From NCBI RefSeq assembly GCF_009914755.1, contig NC_060928.1: a stretch of 64,000 nucleotides of DNA; one strand, 5' to 3'. Origin of the DNA: the human T2T-CHM13v2.0 reference genome, Homo sapiens. Shown here in pieces: positions 27,600 through 40,941 of the stretch. Every line of letters starts with the position of its first letter. Within the stretch, counting starts at the first letter, position 1. A program made the position numbers and the translations under genes. Below the pieces are notes generated by a model. It worked only from the letters and a program-made list of their open reading frames with translations, was not told the origin of the DNA and made no database searches.

Positions 27600-30500
27600 T
27601 TAAAAATTATTTTTAATTTACATATAGTTATTATATATATTTATGGGGTACAGTGTGATATTTTGACACATGTATACAATGGGTAATGATCAAATCAGAA
27701 TAATTGGTATATCCATCACCTCAAACATTTATCATTTCTCTGCATTGGGAATATTAAAAATACACTCTTCTACCTATCTAAAAATACACAATAAATTATT
27801 GTTAACTATAGTCACTCCAAGGTGCTTAGAATACTAGAACTATCCCTCCTATTTAGCTGTAATTTTGTATTCATTAACGAATCTCTTGCCATCCTGCTCT
27901 CTCCTCTACCCTTCCCAGGATCTAGTAACCACTATTCTACTCTCTATAAGATCAATTTGTTTTAACTTCCACATATAAGTGAGATTGTGTGGTACTTGCT
28001 GTTCTGTGCCTTGCTTATTTCACTTAATCTAATGTCCTCTAGACTTATTTATATTGCTGTGAATGAGAGTATTTCATTAATTTTATGGCTGAAAAGTATT
28101 TCATTGGGTGTGTGTGTGTGTGTGTGTATGTGTGTGTGTGTGTGTCACATTTTCTTTACCTACTTATCTGTTGATGGATACTTACGCTCAATCTGTATCT
28201 TGGCTATGGTGCTACAGTCCACATGCATAATCCACATGCTACAATGCACATGTACAAACTTTGCATAGTTTGCAAATATCTTCTCCCATACTGCAGGTTA
28301 TTTATTCACTCTGTTGATTGTATCTTTTGCCATGCAGAACGTGTTTGTTTGATATAATATAATTTGTCTATGTTTTGCTTTTGTTATCTGTACTTTCGAG
28401 GTCTTATTTATAAAAATTTTTGCCCATACCAATGTCCTGAAGTATTTCTCCTGTGTTTTCTTCATAGTGCTACAAGAGTGCTACAATAAATATGGGATTG
28501 CAGATATTTTGTTGCCACACTGATTTCCTTTTCTTTAGACATATACCCCCTAATGACATTGCTGGATCATATGGTAATGTATTTGTAGGTTTTTGAGGAA
28601 TCTCCATACTGTTTTTCATAGTGGCTGTATGAAATTCCATTCCCACCAACAATGTATTTGAGTTTCCTTTTTGCCACATCTTTGTCAGCATTTGATATTT
28701 TTTGTCTTTTTAATAATAGCTATTCTAACTGGGGTAAGATGATATCTCATTGTGGTTTTGATTAACATTTTCTTGATAATTAGTGATGTAGACCATTTTT
28801 ATAAACCCATTGGCCATTTGTATATCTTCTTTTGATAAATATCTGTTCAGTTCATTTGCCTTTTTAATCAGATTATTTGATTTTTTGTTGTGGAGTTGAG
28901 TTCCTTGTGTATTCTTGGTATTAATATTTTGTCATAGTTTGTGAATATTTTCTCCCTTTCTGCAGGTTATTTCTTCACTCTGTTATTGTATCTTTTGCTG
29001 TGCAGGTTTTCATTTGATACAATTCCATTTGTCTATTTTTTACTTTTGTTGTCTGCCCTTTTGAGGTCTTATCCATAAAAACCTTTGCCCAGACCAATGT
29101 CTTGAAGCATTTCTCCTATGTTTTCTTCTAGTAGTTTCACAGTTTCAGGTCTTCAATTTAAGCCTTTAATCCATTTTGAGTTGATTTTTGCTTATGGTGA
29201 AAGATGAGTCTATTTTTATTTTTCTGTGATGTCCAATTCTCCCAGCATCATTTATTGAAGAGACTGGCCTATCCCTAATGCATGTTCTTGGTGAATTTGT
29301 CAAAAATCAAGCGGCTGTAAATACATGGACTTATTTCTGTGTTCTCTATTCTGTTCCGTTGGTCTATGTATCTTTTTGAATGCCAGTACTATGCTGTTTT
29401 GGTTACTATAGCTTTGTAGAATAGCATATTTTTAAATCAGGTAGTGTGATTTAAAGTTTTGTAGAACAGCATATTTTTAAATCAGGTAGTGTGATGCCTC
29501 CAGCCTTGTTCTTTTTGCTCAGGATTACTTTGGCTATATAAAGCCTTCTGTGTTTCCATATAAATTCTAAGATTTTTTTCTATATCTGTGAAGAATGTTA
29601 TCCATATTTTAATAGGATTACGTTGAATCTGTACAGTGCTCATTTTTACACTATTAATTCTTCCAATTCATAAGCATGGGATATCTTTCCATTTGTGTGT
29701 GTGTGTGTCCTCTTCAATTTCTTTCACCAGTGTTTTATAGTTTTCATTATAGAAATATTTCACCTCCTTGGTTAAATTTATTACTAGACTTTTTTGTAGT
29801 ATTGTAAATGGGATTGCTTTCTTAATTGCTTTTTCAGCTAGATCATTATTGGTGTATAGATACGCTACTGATTATTTTATGTTGATTTCATATCCTGCAA
29901 CCTTATTGAATTTTTTATCAGTTCAAGAAGTTTTTTTAAGTCTTTAGGTTTTTCTAAATATAAGATAATGTCATCTGCAAACAAGAACAATTTAACTTCT
30001 TCCTTTTCAATCTGGATGCCCTTTATTTCTTTCCCTGTCATATTGCTCTGGCTAACACTTCCAATATTATCTTGAATAAGAGTGTTGATGTGGGCATCCT
30101 TGCCTTGTTCCAGTTGTTAGAGAGAAAGCTTCCAACTTTTACCTGTTCAGCATGATGTTGGCTGTAGGTTTGTCATATATGGCCTTTATTGTGTTGTGCT
30201 ACACTTCCCCTATACCTAATTTTTGGAGGATTTTTATCATGAATAAATGTTAAATTTTATCAAATGTTTCTTCTGTGTCTATTGAGATGATAATATGGTT
30301 TTTGGTTTTTATTCTATTGATGTGATGTATCATGTTTATTGATTTGCATGGTTGAAATCTCCTTGCATCCCTGGGAAAAATCCCATTTGATCATGTCATA
30401 TAATCTTTCTGACGTGCTGTTAGATTTGGTTTGCTAGCATTTTCTTGAGGATTTTTGCATCTATGTTTATCATACATATCAGCCTGTAGTTTTATTTTTA

Positions 30501-32855
30501 CATTGTGTCCTTGCCTGGTTTTGGTATCAAGGTAATGCTGGCCTGGCCTCATAGAACAAATTAGGAATAATTTCCTTCATTCATTTTTTTTAAGTTTGAG
30601 AAAAAAATTTTTTTTTTAAAGTTTGATAGAATTCAGCCATGAAGCCCTCCTGTCCTGGGCTTTTCTTTTTTAGGAGACTTTTTTTTCAGATTCAATCTTG
30701 TTACTCATTATTGGTCTGTTCAAATTTTTTATTTCTTCCTGGTTCAATGCTGGTAGTTTGTATGTGTCCAGGAATTTATCAGTTTTCTCTAGTTTCACAA
30801 GTTGTTGGTATATAATTGTTCATAACAGTCTCTAATTATTCTTTGTATTTATGTGATATCAGTTGTAATGTCTTTATTTGTTTGTTTCTGATTTTATTTA
30901 TTTGGAATGTCTCTCTTTTTTTTAGTTAATCTAGAAAATGTATTGTCAGTTTTTTAATCTTTTCAGAAAACAAACCTTTTATTTTGTTGATCTTCTGGAG
31001 TTTTAGTCTCTATTTTCTTTACTTTTGCTCTGATCATTGCTGTTTCTTTACTAATTCAGCGACTGGTTTATTCTTCCATTTCTCATTCCTTGAGATCCAT
31101 TATTAGGTTTTTTATTTGAAATCTTTCTTAATGAATATAGGCATGTATTGCTATATACTTCCCTCTTAATACTATTTTTGCTCTATCCCATAAGTTCTGA
31201 TGTTGTGTTTCTATTTTCATTTATTTCAGGAAATTTTTTAATTTCTTTCTGTGAATTTCTTTCTTCACCCATTGGCCATTAATTTCCATGTTTTGGTACA
31301 ATTTCCATGTTTTGGTACAATTTCCAAAGTTCTGCTTGTTATTGATTTCTAGCTTTATTTCATATTTGTCAGAAAAAACACTTGATATGTTTTTAATTTT
31401 TAAACAATTTGTTGAGACTTGTTTTGTAGCCTGACTTATGGTCTATTCTGGAGAACGTCCCGTGTGCTGATAAGAATATGTATTCTGCAACCAGTGGATG
31501 AAATGTTCTGTAGACATCTGTTAGGTTTATTTGGTCTACTGTGCAATTTAAACTTGATGTTTCTTTGTTGGATTTCTGTTTAAATAATTTGCTCAATTCT
31601 CAGAGTGGGTTGTTGAAATTCCCACTCTCAGGGGAATTTCGTATTAGAGTCTATCTCTCCCTTTAGATCTGATAACATTTGCTTTACATATCAAGGTGCT
31701 CTTATGTTGGGTGCACATACATTTACAATTATTATATCTTCTTATTTAATTGACCCCTTTAGCATTATATAATGACCTTTTTGTATGTTTTTACAATTTT
31801 TTTCTTAAAGTATATTTCATCTAACTACTTCTGCTCATTTTTGGTATTCATTTTCATGAAATATCTTTTATTATCCCTTCTCTTTCAGTGTCTTCTTTCA
31901 GTGTCTTTACAGGTGAAGTGAGTTTCTTCTAGGCAGTATATAGTTGGGTATTTTTAATCGGTTCATCTAGTCTGTAACTTTTAATTTAGGAATTTAATCC
32001 ATTTATTTTCAAGGTTATTATTAATTGGTGCGGACTTACTCATGTCAGTTAGTTGTCTTCTGGTTGTTTTGTATATCTCTTGTTTCTTTCTTAGTCTTTT
32101 ATTTTTTATCTTTGTGGTTAGGTGGGTTTCTATGGTGATAAGATTTTATTCCTTCTTCTTTCTCATTTATATATTTTCCCTACCAGTAAGTTTTATACTT
32201 GTGTGTATTTTCACGATGGTAGTTATCACCCTTTCATGTCTGAATGTAGGGTTCCCTTAAGCATTTTTTGCAAGGCTAGTCTAGTGGTGATGAATTTCCT
32301 CAGTTTTCGCTTGTCTAAAAAACTTTAATTCTCCTTCATATATGAATGATAGCTTTGCTGATCATAGTATTCTTGGCTGAGTTTTTTTTCTTTCAGCACT
32401 TTAAATATATTATCCCATTTTCTACTGACCTGTAAGTGTCGTGCTGAGAAAGCTGTTGTTAGTCTAATGGATATTTCCTTGCATATGACTTGATGCTTTT
32501 CTTTGTTGTTTTTATAATTCTGTCTTTGACTTTTTGGAATTTGACTATGACTTGCCTCAGAGAGGGCCTTTTTGGGTTGAATCACAGATTCTCTTTTTGA
32601 ATCTGGATGACCATATTTCTCCCAAGGCTTGGAATTTTTTGGTTATTATTTCATTAAATACGTTTTCTATGTCTTTTCCCATTTCCTTTTCTTCTTTAAC
32701 TACATAACATTTGTTCACTTGATGGTGTCCCATAAACCCCATAGGCTTTCAATATTTGTGTTTGTTTGTTTTTGTCTCACTGGGTTATTTCAAAAGACCT
32801 CTCTCTATATATATATATATGTGTGTGTGTATATACATATATATATATGTGTGTG

Positions 32856-32941
<86 letters not shown>

Positions 32942-34945
32942 TACTTCAAGTTCTGGGATATATGTGCAGAACATGCAGGTTTGTTACTTAGGTACACATA
33001 TGCCATAGTGGTTTGCGGCACCCATCAACCCGTCATCTATATTAGGTATTTCTCCTAATGCTATCCCTCCCCTAGACTCCCACCCACCGACAGGCCCCAG
33101 TGTGTGATGTTCCCCTCTCTGTGTCCATGTGTTCTCATTGTCCAACTCCCACTTGTGAGTGAGAACATGCAATGTTTGGTTTTCTGTTCTTGTATTAGTT
33201 TGCTGAGAATGATGGTTTCCAGCTTCAGTCACATGCACATGTATGTTTATTGCAGCACTGTTCACAATAGCAAAGACTTGGAATCAACCCAAATGCCCAA
33301 CAATGATAGCCTGAAAAAAGAAAATGTGGCACATATACACCTTGGAATACTATGCAGCTATAAAAAAAGACCTGTCTTAAAGTTCAGAAATTCTTTCTTC
33401 TGTGTGATCTAGTCATTGTTTAAGCTCTTAATTGTATTTCTATTTTATTCACTGATATTATTTAGCCACAAGATTTCTGTTTGGTTTTTTAAATGATATC
33501 TACCTCTTTGTTGAATTTTTCATTCAGATCATAAATTGCTTTCCTGATTTCATTGAATTGTCTATTTATTTTCTCTGTATGTCTCTGAGTTTCCTTAAGA
33601 TCACTATTTGAATTCCTTTTCAGGCATTTTATCGATTTTCTTTTCTTTGGGGTCTGGTACTAGAAAATTATTGTGTTCCTTTGGATGTATTATATTTCCT
33701 TGATTTTTCATAGTTTTTTATATCTCTCAATATCTGCACATCTGGTGGAAGTTGCCTCTTCCAATTTTATGGAGTAGTTTTCATAGGGAAAGACTTTTTC
33801 CTATAGATGTGTCCTACACTGTTGATTGGGTAAGGCACTTTGGCTTTGGTTCTGGGTGGGTGCAGTAGCATAGTCTCCCTGTGATTTCTTGACTGTTATC
33901 AATGTCAGCAGTATCTGCAAATGCCTCAGTGGCTTAGACTGTGGGTGTTTGTGGAAGCAACGGTGTGGCTTTGCTGGGGCTGGGGGCTCCCAATCAGGCT
34001 ACTTCTCAAGCCCTGGTGGAGTTGGGGTGTGCCAGGCACAGTGGATACACTGGTTGTGGGGGCAAGGTTATTGGCGGTAGCATGCATCCGGTGGGCTGTA
34101 TCCAAGTCACTGAAGAGTGCAAACAATGCACTGTGGCTCAGGCAGTTCAGAGAGTGAGAATGCTGGCAGTTGCAGGCATTGGACAAGTTCTTGTGCCAGT
34201 TCTCAGACCTTGTGGAAAGTATGTGTCAGCTGTCTCAGTCTTAGGGGCATCCTCTTCACTGTGTTGAGCTGCCCATTACTTGGAGCATAGGGTGCTGTGT
34301 GTATTCAGGTTGTACAGCTGTGTTGCAGCTGTACTGCTGGGTCTAGCTGGGTCCATGGCATTTCAGCTTTTTGTGAGGGTGTGGTGAAATGATAGCACAA
34401 CCCCAAGAATGTGGAGATGCAGATGATATTTGGCTCCAGAACAGAATGGATTCCAGCAGTGGTTCTGTTTTTAAAATGGCACCAAGCCATAAAAACTTGC
34501 ATTCCAGGGAGTGTGTTGTGGTGGAGTGTGGGGAGGAACTAGCATGAGTTCCTTCTCTGGAGTAATGCACCCACATGAACTCCAGGCAGCTTCCTGCAAT
34601 GGGCTCAAAGCCTGCCAAGATTATGAGGCTCTGCTGTAGCTGGAATTGCAAGTATTCACATTGGTAATGGGTAATTCTGGAGATCTTTTCCCCAGCTTAC
34701 CTTTTTCCCCACAATGGAAAGTCTTTCTTGGTTCCAAGCCAATTTCAGCTGGGTGTTTTTGCTTCCTTGTCTATGTTGTCATCTTGAGTTTCTGTGCTTC
34801 AGAGGGTTTTCATCTCTTCCTTGCTGAGTTCCAGTGTTCTCCCTTAGACACTCTATTCAAGGTACAGTTATTTATGTGTTGTTTTGGTTCTTCTTTATGG
34901 AGTAGGTGAGTGTTGGCACCTTTAGTCAGCCATCTTGATGACCCT
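27600..34945 (-). mobile_element. Near full-length old L1 (L1MA-like), degraded, containing a nested L1PA
   Basis: L1MA-type 3' end (tttatggggtacagtgtgatattttgacacatgtatacaatg) at ~27640. ORF2 antisense to ~31900 (EN-like ORF 31393-31596), ORF1 pieces 32325-32742, 5'UTR ending GCCATCTTG (34929-34937, YY1 site). Confidence 0.88.
32805..33364 (-). mobile_element. Short 5'-inverted L1PA (about PA7/8) insertion; tail replaced by a (TA)n/(TG)n/(TAGA)n compound microsatellite
   Basis: Minus-strand 3'UTR 32941-33227, then plus-oriented ORF2-end segment 33228-33368. TSD aaaagacctctct 32792-32804 / aaaagacctgtct 33365-33377. Confidence 0.88.
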
Positions 34946-35689
34946 GTTCCTTCCAATCTTGACCTCATGCTTACAGAGCCCACACCCTAAAAATCTACAT
35001 TGTTTTATATTTAAAAAAATACCTTTTTACTCTACAAGTGGTAAAGGATTAAGGCATGCCTAAAATGGCAGAGTCATTGTCCCTCTCAAAATAACATGAG
35101 GTTTTGATATTTTATGACACCACCATGGTCTCTACCTTCTCCAAACTTCTATTTAAATAGTTCTACTTGCATTTACTACTATTAATATATAATTAATTTT
35201 CAGCACCTTTTTAAAAAGGTGTTTGAAATATGAGAGGTGATTTTCAACATGTGGCAGTCATTTCTGTACTTCTTCCATTATGTTGCAAAATAAGGACCAA
35301 TCTCTCAGATCTTATTTCTTGTACTATTAAGTGCTCAGAAACTTTCTGTGTAACTTGTGAAATATCAGGAGCAGTCTTTATCCTAACCATGGGAAAATGC
35401 TTTTCTAAGACTGGCGCATATGTTACAAAAATTAGACCAAAGATAAGCTAATGGACTCAGCAGGAAAGAAAAATTAGCAATGCTGATCAGTCAGGGTTCT
35501 GTTTAAATTCTGACTGCCAATTCTCATTGTGGCTTGAACTCCTGTCTGTATTTATTGTAGGCCCAAATGCCTATTAGTTCTGTGTTTCTCAATAGGGACC
35601 CAAGCTCAGTCAACATTTTCATAGCAATAGTGAACTGTAATAAGCACCATTTATGCTACTGCCCAAGTCACAAAGACCTTCTATTTCTG

Positions 35690-36130
35690 AGAATTCACCT
35701 CCTCTCCTGCTGCCCTGGCAAACATGTTTGTGTTTCTGACTCTACATCTCTGTCTGTGGTTGCTGGAACCAAAATGGATGCCTGACCCAAGCTCGTTGTT
35801 TTTGAACTAGGATTCTGAGACAGTCTTTTCATGTGGTTGCAACCGAGGAGATGTAAACTCAAGACCTTGAAAATAGTCATCATTTTCCCACTGCAGTAGA
35901 GAGAAGCAGGGCAAGCAATTGGCGGAGAGAGAATAAAAACAGATGTACAAAGAGGCAAAAATGAGAGGAGAATAAGGACTGCCTAGGTTCCTGCTCACTT
36001 TCCAATTCTTAATTCCAGTCCCTTCAGAGCCCCACTGCTCCTGGATTCCAAGAACTACCTAAGTGTCTTTTTAACAATGACCCATTTTTGCTTAAGCCCA
36101 CTCATGCTGGTTACTTGCAATAAACAGTTT
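35690..36130 (+). mobile_element. Old MLT1-type LTR remnant
   Basis: Degenerate motifs: ccattttcccactg, ctaggttcctg, tttttgcttaagcc, ttacttgcaa. Confidence 0.55.
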
Positions 36131-36584
36131 GTGCTAAGATTTAAACATTATAGTTACAGTTGAGCAAATAAGGCTACACTACCCAAAAGAATGAAAAATA
36201 AGACACTACCTAAGTTATTTACCAATTATTTTTCCCTGGTTTGTATAATAAATCTAAAAATAGTACTAAAACTCTTCATAAAGAATTCTGATTGCATACT
36301 GTCAAGCTTTGCCACCCAGGTTCCCACCTGTTCATCTGTCAATGTATCCTGCCCTCTGTTTCTTCCCTAAGCACATGGCTTATCAAGTTATTTTCCAGAT
36401 CTGAAATTTTGACCAGTCCTTCATTGTCTTCAGAATAAATCTGATTCTTCTTATGACATTTGTCATCAGACAACCATCAGCCTTTCTCCCTCAGCTCTTT
36501 TACTATCCTTCACTCAGCCTACTCACACCTACAAATAAAGGACTCTTGGTATCCTATGATATGATCATTATGCTGGTGTTTTCT

Positions 36585-36797
36585 ATGGCTACACTGATCA
36601 ATATGATTGTCACTATTCATGTGTGGCTGTTTGCATTTAAATTGATTAAAATTAAACAAAATTAGAAGTTCATTCTTAAGTCACACCAGCCATATTTCAA
36701 GTGTTCAATCGGCATATGTGGCTAGTTGCTACCATATGGGATGAGACAGATATTGAACAATTTCAACACTGCAGAATGTGCTACTGGACAACATTTC
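36585..36797. mobile_element. MER3/MER33-like hAT element
   Basis: catgtgtggctgtttgcatttaaattgattaaaattaaa ... cagccatatttcaagtgttcaat ... gtggctagttgctacc. Confidence 0.75.
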
Positions 36798-37117
36798 TGT
36801 AAAGTGCCCTTTCTTCTCCCATCTCTACCTGTCCAATCCTCCTTATCCTTTCAGGTCACCATCTTAACTGCCACATTCTTTCCACATGAAAGCCATATAG
36901 CCCTCGGTATAATAGAATTCCAGAATCTTTCATCTTTTCAATCTCTACTGGTTAAACATCCAGGCTCTGAATCCTGGCTGGAAACCTCTTCCCTGCTCAC
37001 AAGCTGTGTGACGTTGAACAATTTACTTAACCTGTCTGTGCTCACTTTCTTCATCTGTAAAATAGAGATGATAATAATATTTTTCCAGTTGCCTTGTTAT
37101 AAGCATTAAAGTTATTC

Positions 37118-37119
37118 AT

Positions 37120-37172
<53 letters not shown>
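37118..37172. repeat. (TA)n microsatellite within a MIR (~36950-37230)
   Basis: Seen directly. Confidence 0.95.
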
Positions 37173-37177
<5 letters not shown>

Positions 37178-37876
37178 GTACAGTATTAATGTGTGTAAAG
37201 GCTTAGACCAGAGTCTGACACAAAGTAAGCTCCCATGGAGTGGTCCCTGTGAGCAGCAGTGACAGTACAGATCTTTTATCATTTAGGTACAAGTCTTTCC
37301 TAGTCTTTCTTCTACATTCTCCCTTCCTTGAATGAATGATGCAAGTCTAATGTGGACTTATAACAGAAATAAAAGAACGACTCCAGAGGAAGAATGTACA
37401 GAAATAATTATGATAAACATAAAAAAGTCTAAGGACCATTAAAGTTAGTATCTAATTTAGACATTGGCATTTAAAGAGCTCTTTTTCAAAGAGCCCTTGT
37501 TTCTAGCACCTAACATATGTGGAAATGACAATGCCGACCTTGTACGTTTGCATGGCAATTGCTAACAACTGATAAGACTTCACTCCTAACACTCACTGCT
37601 TGGCTGCCACTGGCTTCTGACACACATGCCCTAGGGAAGTGCAGAGAAGTGAACTGTAAGAGAGGTCAAAGAGACAACCAGCTTTGATTGGAAGTGGCAG
37701 GCCTTTTGCTCTTTTAAGGCACCTCATGCCGCAGTTTTCAGGCCAACTTTAATGGGCTTTTAACAACAGCATTTATACTCAAGACTCAACTTGCCCTGCT
37801 GATCAGCTTTCAAAGGCATTCTCTTCTAAGAAGGCCTGAACACCTTTGAATGCAGGCCCTCTTAGCACTAAGATCA

Positions 37877-38264
<388 letters not shown>

Positions 38265-38589
38265 CTAACATTGCTGGGTTCCAGGCTACCTACAGGCCAG
38301 GTGCATCTGTTGGTTTTTCATCCTCATTCAATTTATGCTTCCTTTGATAATAAATGAGTAAGTAAAATGAGACTTAAAAGCATGCAGAAACTCTTGTATT
38401 TCATCCCACCACTAGTAAAACATGGCCCAGTAAAAATTTTCTGAATCATCTCTAAGATCTAGAGGTTTTAAGTATGGGATCTGACAACCTAAAAAGACTG
38501 GATTTTCACTTTGTTCATTTATTCACTGGTATGCTCACAGAATTGTTCTAGCCACTGGAGATAATAGCAAGAGATAAAACAAAGTGCCT

Positions 38590-38974
38590 CATATACCACA
38601 TGGAATACTATGCAGCCATAAAAAGAATGAGTTTGTGTCCTTTGCAGGGACAAGGATGCAGCTGGAAACCATCATTCTCTGCAAACTAACACAGGAACAG
38701 AAAACCAAACACCACATGTTCTCACTCATAAGTGGGAGTTGAACAATGAGAACACACGGACACAGGGAGGAGACATCTCACCCCGGGAACTGTCAAGAGG
38801 GTTGGGGGCAAGGGGAGGGAGGGCATTAGGGCAAATACCTAATGCATGCGGGGCTTAAAACCTAGATGATGGGTTGAAAGGTGCAGCAAACCACCATGGC
38901 ACATGTATACCTACGTAACAAACCTGCATGTTCTGTACATGTATCCCAGAACTTAAAGTTAAAAAAAAAAAAAA
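38590..38974 (+). mobile_element. L1PA (about PA7/8) 3' end with polyA
   Basis: catataccacatggaatactatgcagcc ... gtatcccagaacttaaagt-polyA, flanked by aaagtgcct 38581-38589 / acagtgcct 38974-38982. Confidence 0.9.
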
Positions 38975-38982
38975 CAGTGCCT

Positions 38983-39225
38983 AGAGGAATAAGTTTTCAT
39001 GATCTATTGCACAACATGTCAACTATAGTTAATAATAATGTATTCTACACTTGAAAGTTACTAAAAGAGTAGATTTTAAATGTTCTCACTATGAAAAAAT
39101 GGTAAGTAGGTAAAGTGATAGATATGTTGATTAGCTTGATTTAAACATTTTACAATGTATACATATATCAAAATGTCACATTGTACTTAATAAATATATA
39201 CAATTATTCGTCAATAAAAATATTT
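38983..39225 (+). mobile_element. L1MA-type 3' end
   Basis: aggaataagtt...gatctattgcacaacatg...actatagttaataataatgtatt...gagtagattttaaatgttctcac. Confidence 0.82.
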
Positions 39226-39699
39226 TTTAAACATGTCTAAACTCATGGAGTTTTTTCTCTTCCTTCCTTCCTTCCCAGAAATATTTGTTGAGCACCTACT
39301 ACAAGCCAGATATGGTTACAGTTGCTGGGAATAGATCTATGTACAAAATAATCCATCAAGAAACTCATGTTCTAACAGGAATAGACAGTAAATAAGTAAA
39401 TTATATAATATTACAATAAATAAATAATATACTATTAGAAGGTGGTAAGTGCTGTGGAAAAAACAGAGCAGAATAAGGAACAATTTGAGTGGTGATGGTA
39501 GGGGGGCAGTAACTGCAACTTGAATGGGGTGGTCAGGATAAGCTTTATTAAGAAAGGTAGCAAAGACCTTTCTTATGCAAAGGTGCTAAAGGAGTGGGAG
39601 ATGAAAATGTCTGAGGAAGAGTGTTGCAGACAGAGAGAACATCCTGTGCAAAGGCTCGGAGGTATCTGTATTTAAAACACGGATTTGAAATATTACAAC

Positions 39700-39980
39700 A
39701 GTGGTTCTCAGTGTGATCTGGGGACTCCTTGGGGTGCTGAAGATCCTTTCAGAGTCTGCAAGGTCAAAATTCTTTCTTAATAATACTGACATGTTATTTG
39801 CCTTTTTCATTCTCATCTCCTCACAAGGGTATAGTGGAGTTTCCCAGGAGCCACATGACATGTGATGGCATGAGCACTAGGACCGCTAAGAAACATGTGC
39901 TTCTGATTACTGTGTTTTTAAAGCTTCTCAGTTTTTGTTTCGCCTCCATGGTCTAATAACTAGATATGGATAACACCAGA
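39700..39980 (+). mobile_element. Charlie1-like hAT transposon 5' end
   Basis: cagtggttctca..gtg..ggggact...gaggtcaaaa..ataatact..gttatttgcctttttcattctca resembles the Charlie1 terminus. Confidence 0.7.
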
Positions 39981-40018
39981 AGGCTCTATTACAGTTGTCC
40001 ATTCAGAAATGACTTTCC

Positions 40019-40301
40019 TACTTGCAGAAATAAATTGAGTAAGTTCTGAGCATCTAATGTACAGCATAAATATAATGTACAGCATGACTATACTTAATAA
40101 TGTTGTATTGTACACGTATAATTTGCTAGGAGAGTAGATCTTAAGCATTATCATAACACACACAAAAAATGGTGATACATGTGTTAATTAGCTTGACCCT
40201 GATAATTATTTTACAATGTATACATATATCAAGTCACTACATTGTACACCTTAAATATATACAATTTTTATTTGTCAATTACACCTCAATAAAGCTGGAG
40301 G
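40019..40301 (+). mobile_element. L1MA9/L1MB-type 3' end
   Basis: Ends tacacctcaataaagctgg. TSD agaaatgactttcc 40005-40018 / agaaatgacttccc 40302-40315. Confidence 0.82.
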
Positions 40302-40568
40302 AGAAATGACTTCCCCAAAGTCACAGGACTAAGCAAGGACATTGACAGGATGGACACCAGGTTTGCCCAACTCCAAAATCCACACTCTTCCCACCACAAC
40401 CCACTCTGCCAGAAAGGACTCTTTTGAAAATTAAAGAAAGCTCATCTCAGATCCAAATGGTTGCTGAGTAAAATCTGACTCAGAAGCACTTCTGAGGGCA
40501 CTATCCAGAATCTGTTCAGAGGAAGCTCAAAGGAATGTGATCACACATAGCACATCACAGAAGGGCTT

Positions 40569-40941
40569 TGTATTAGTCCTTTTTCACACTGCTGATAAAG
40601 ACATACCTGAAACTCGGTAATTTATAAATGAAAGAGGTTTAATTTACTCGCAATTCCACATGGCTGGGGAGGCCTCACAATCATGGCAGAAGAGGAAGGA
40701 AGAGCAAAGGGATGTCTTACATGGCGGCCAGCAAAAAGACAAATGAGAACCAAGTGAAAGGGGAAACACCTTATAAAACCATCAGATTTCACTGGACTTA
40801 TTCACTACCATCAGAACAATATGGTGGAAACTGCCCCCATGATTCAATTGTATCCCACCAAGTTCCTCTCACAACACATGGGAATTATGGGAGCTAAAAT
40901 TCAAGGTGAGATTTGGGTGGGGACACAGCCAAATCACATCA
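40569..40941 (-). mobile_element. THE1 solo LTR (THE1B/C-like)
   Basis: tgtattagtcctttttcacactgctgataaagacatacc ... gggacacagccaaatcacatca. Perfect TSD GGCTT 40564-40568 / 40942-40946. Confidence 0.93.
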
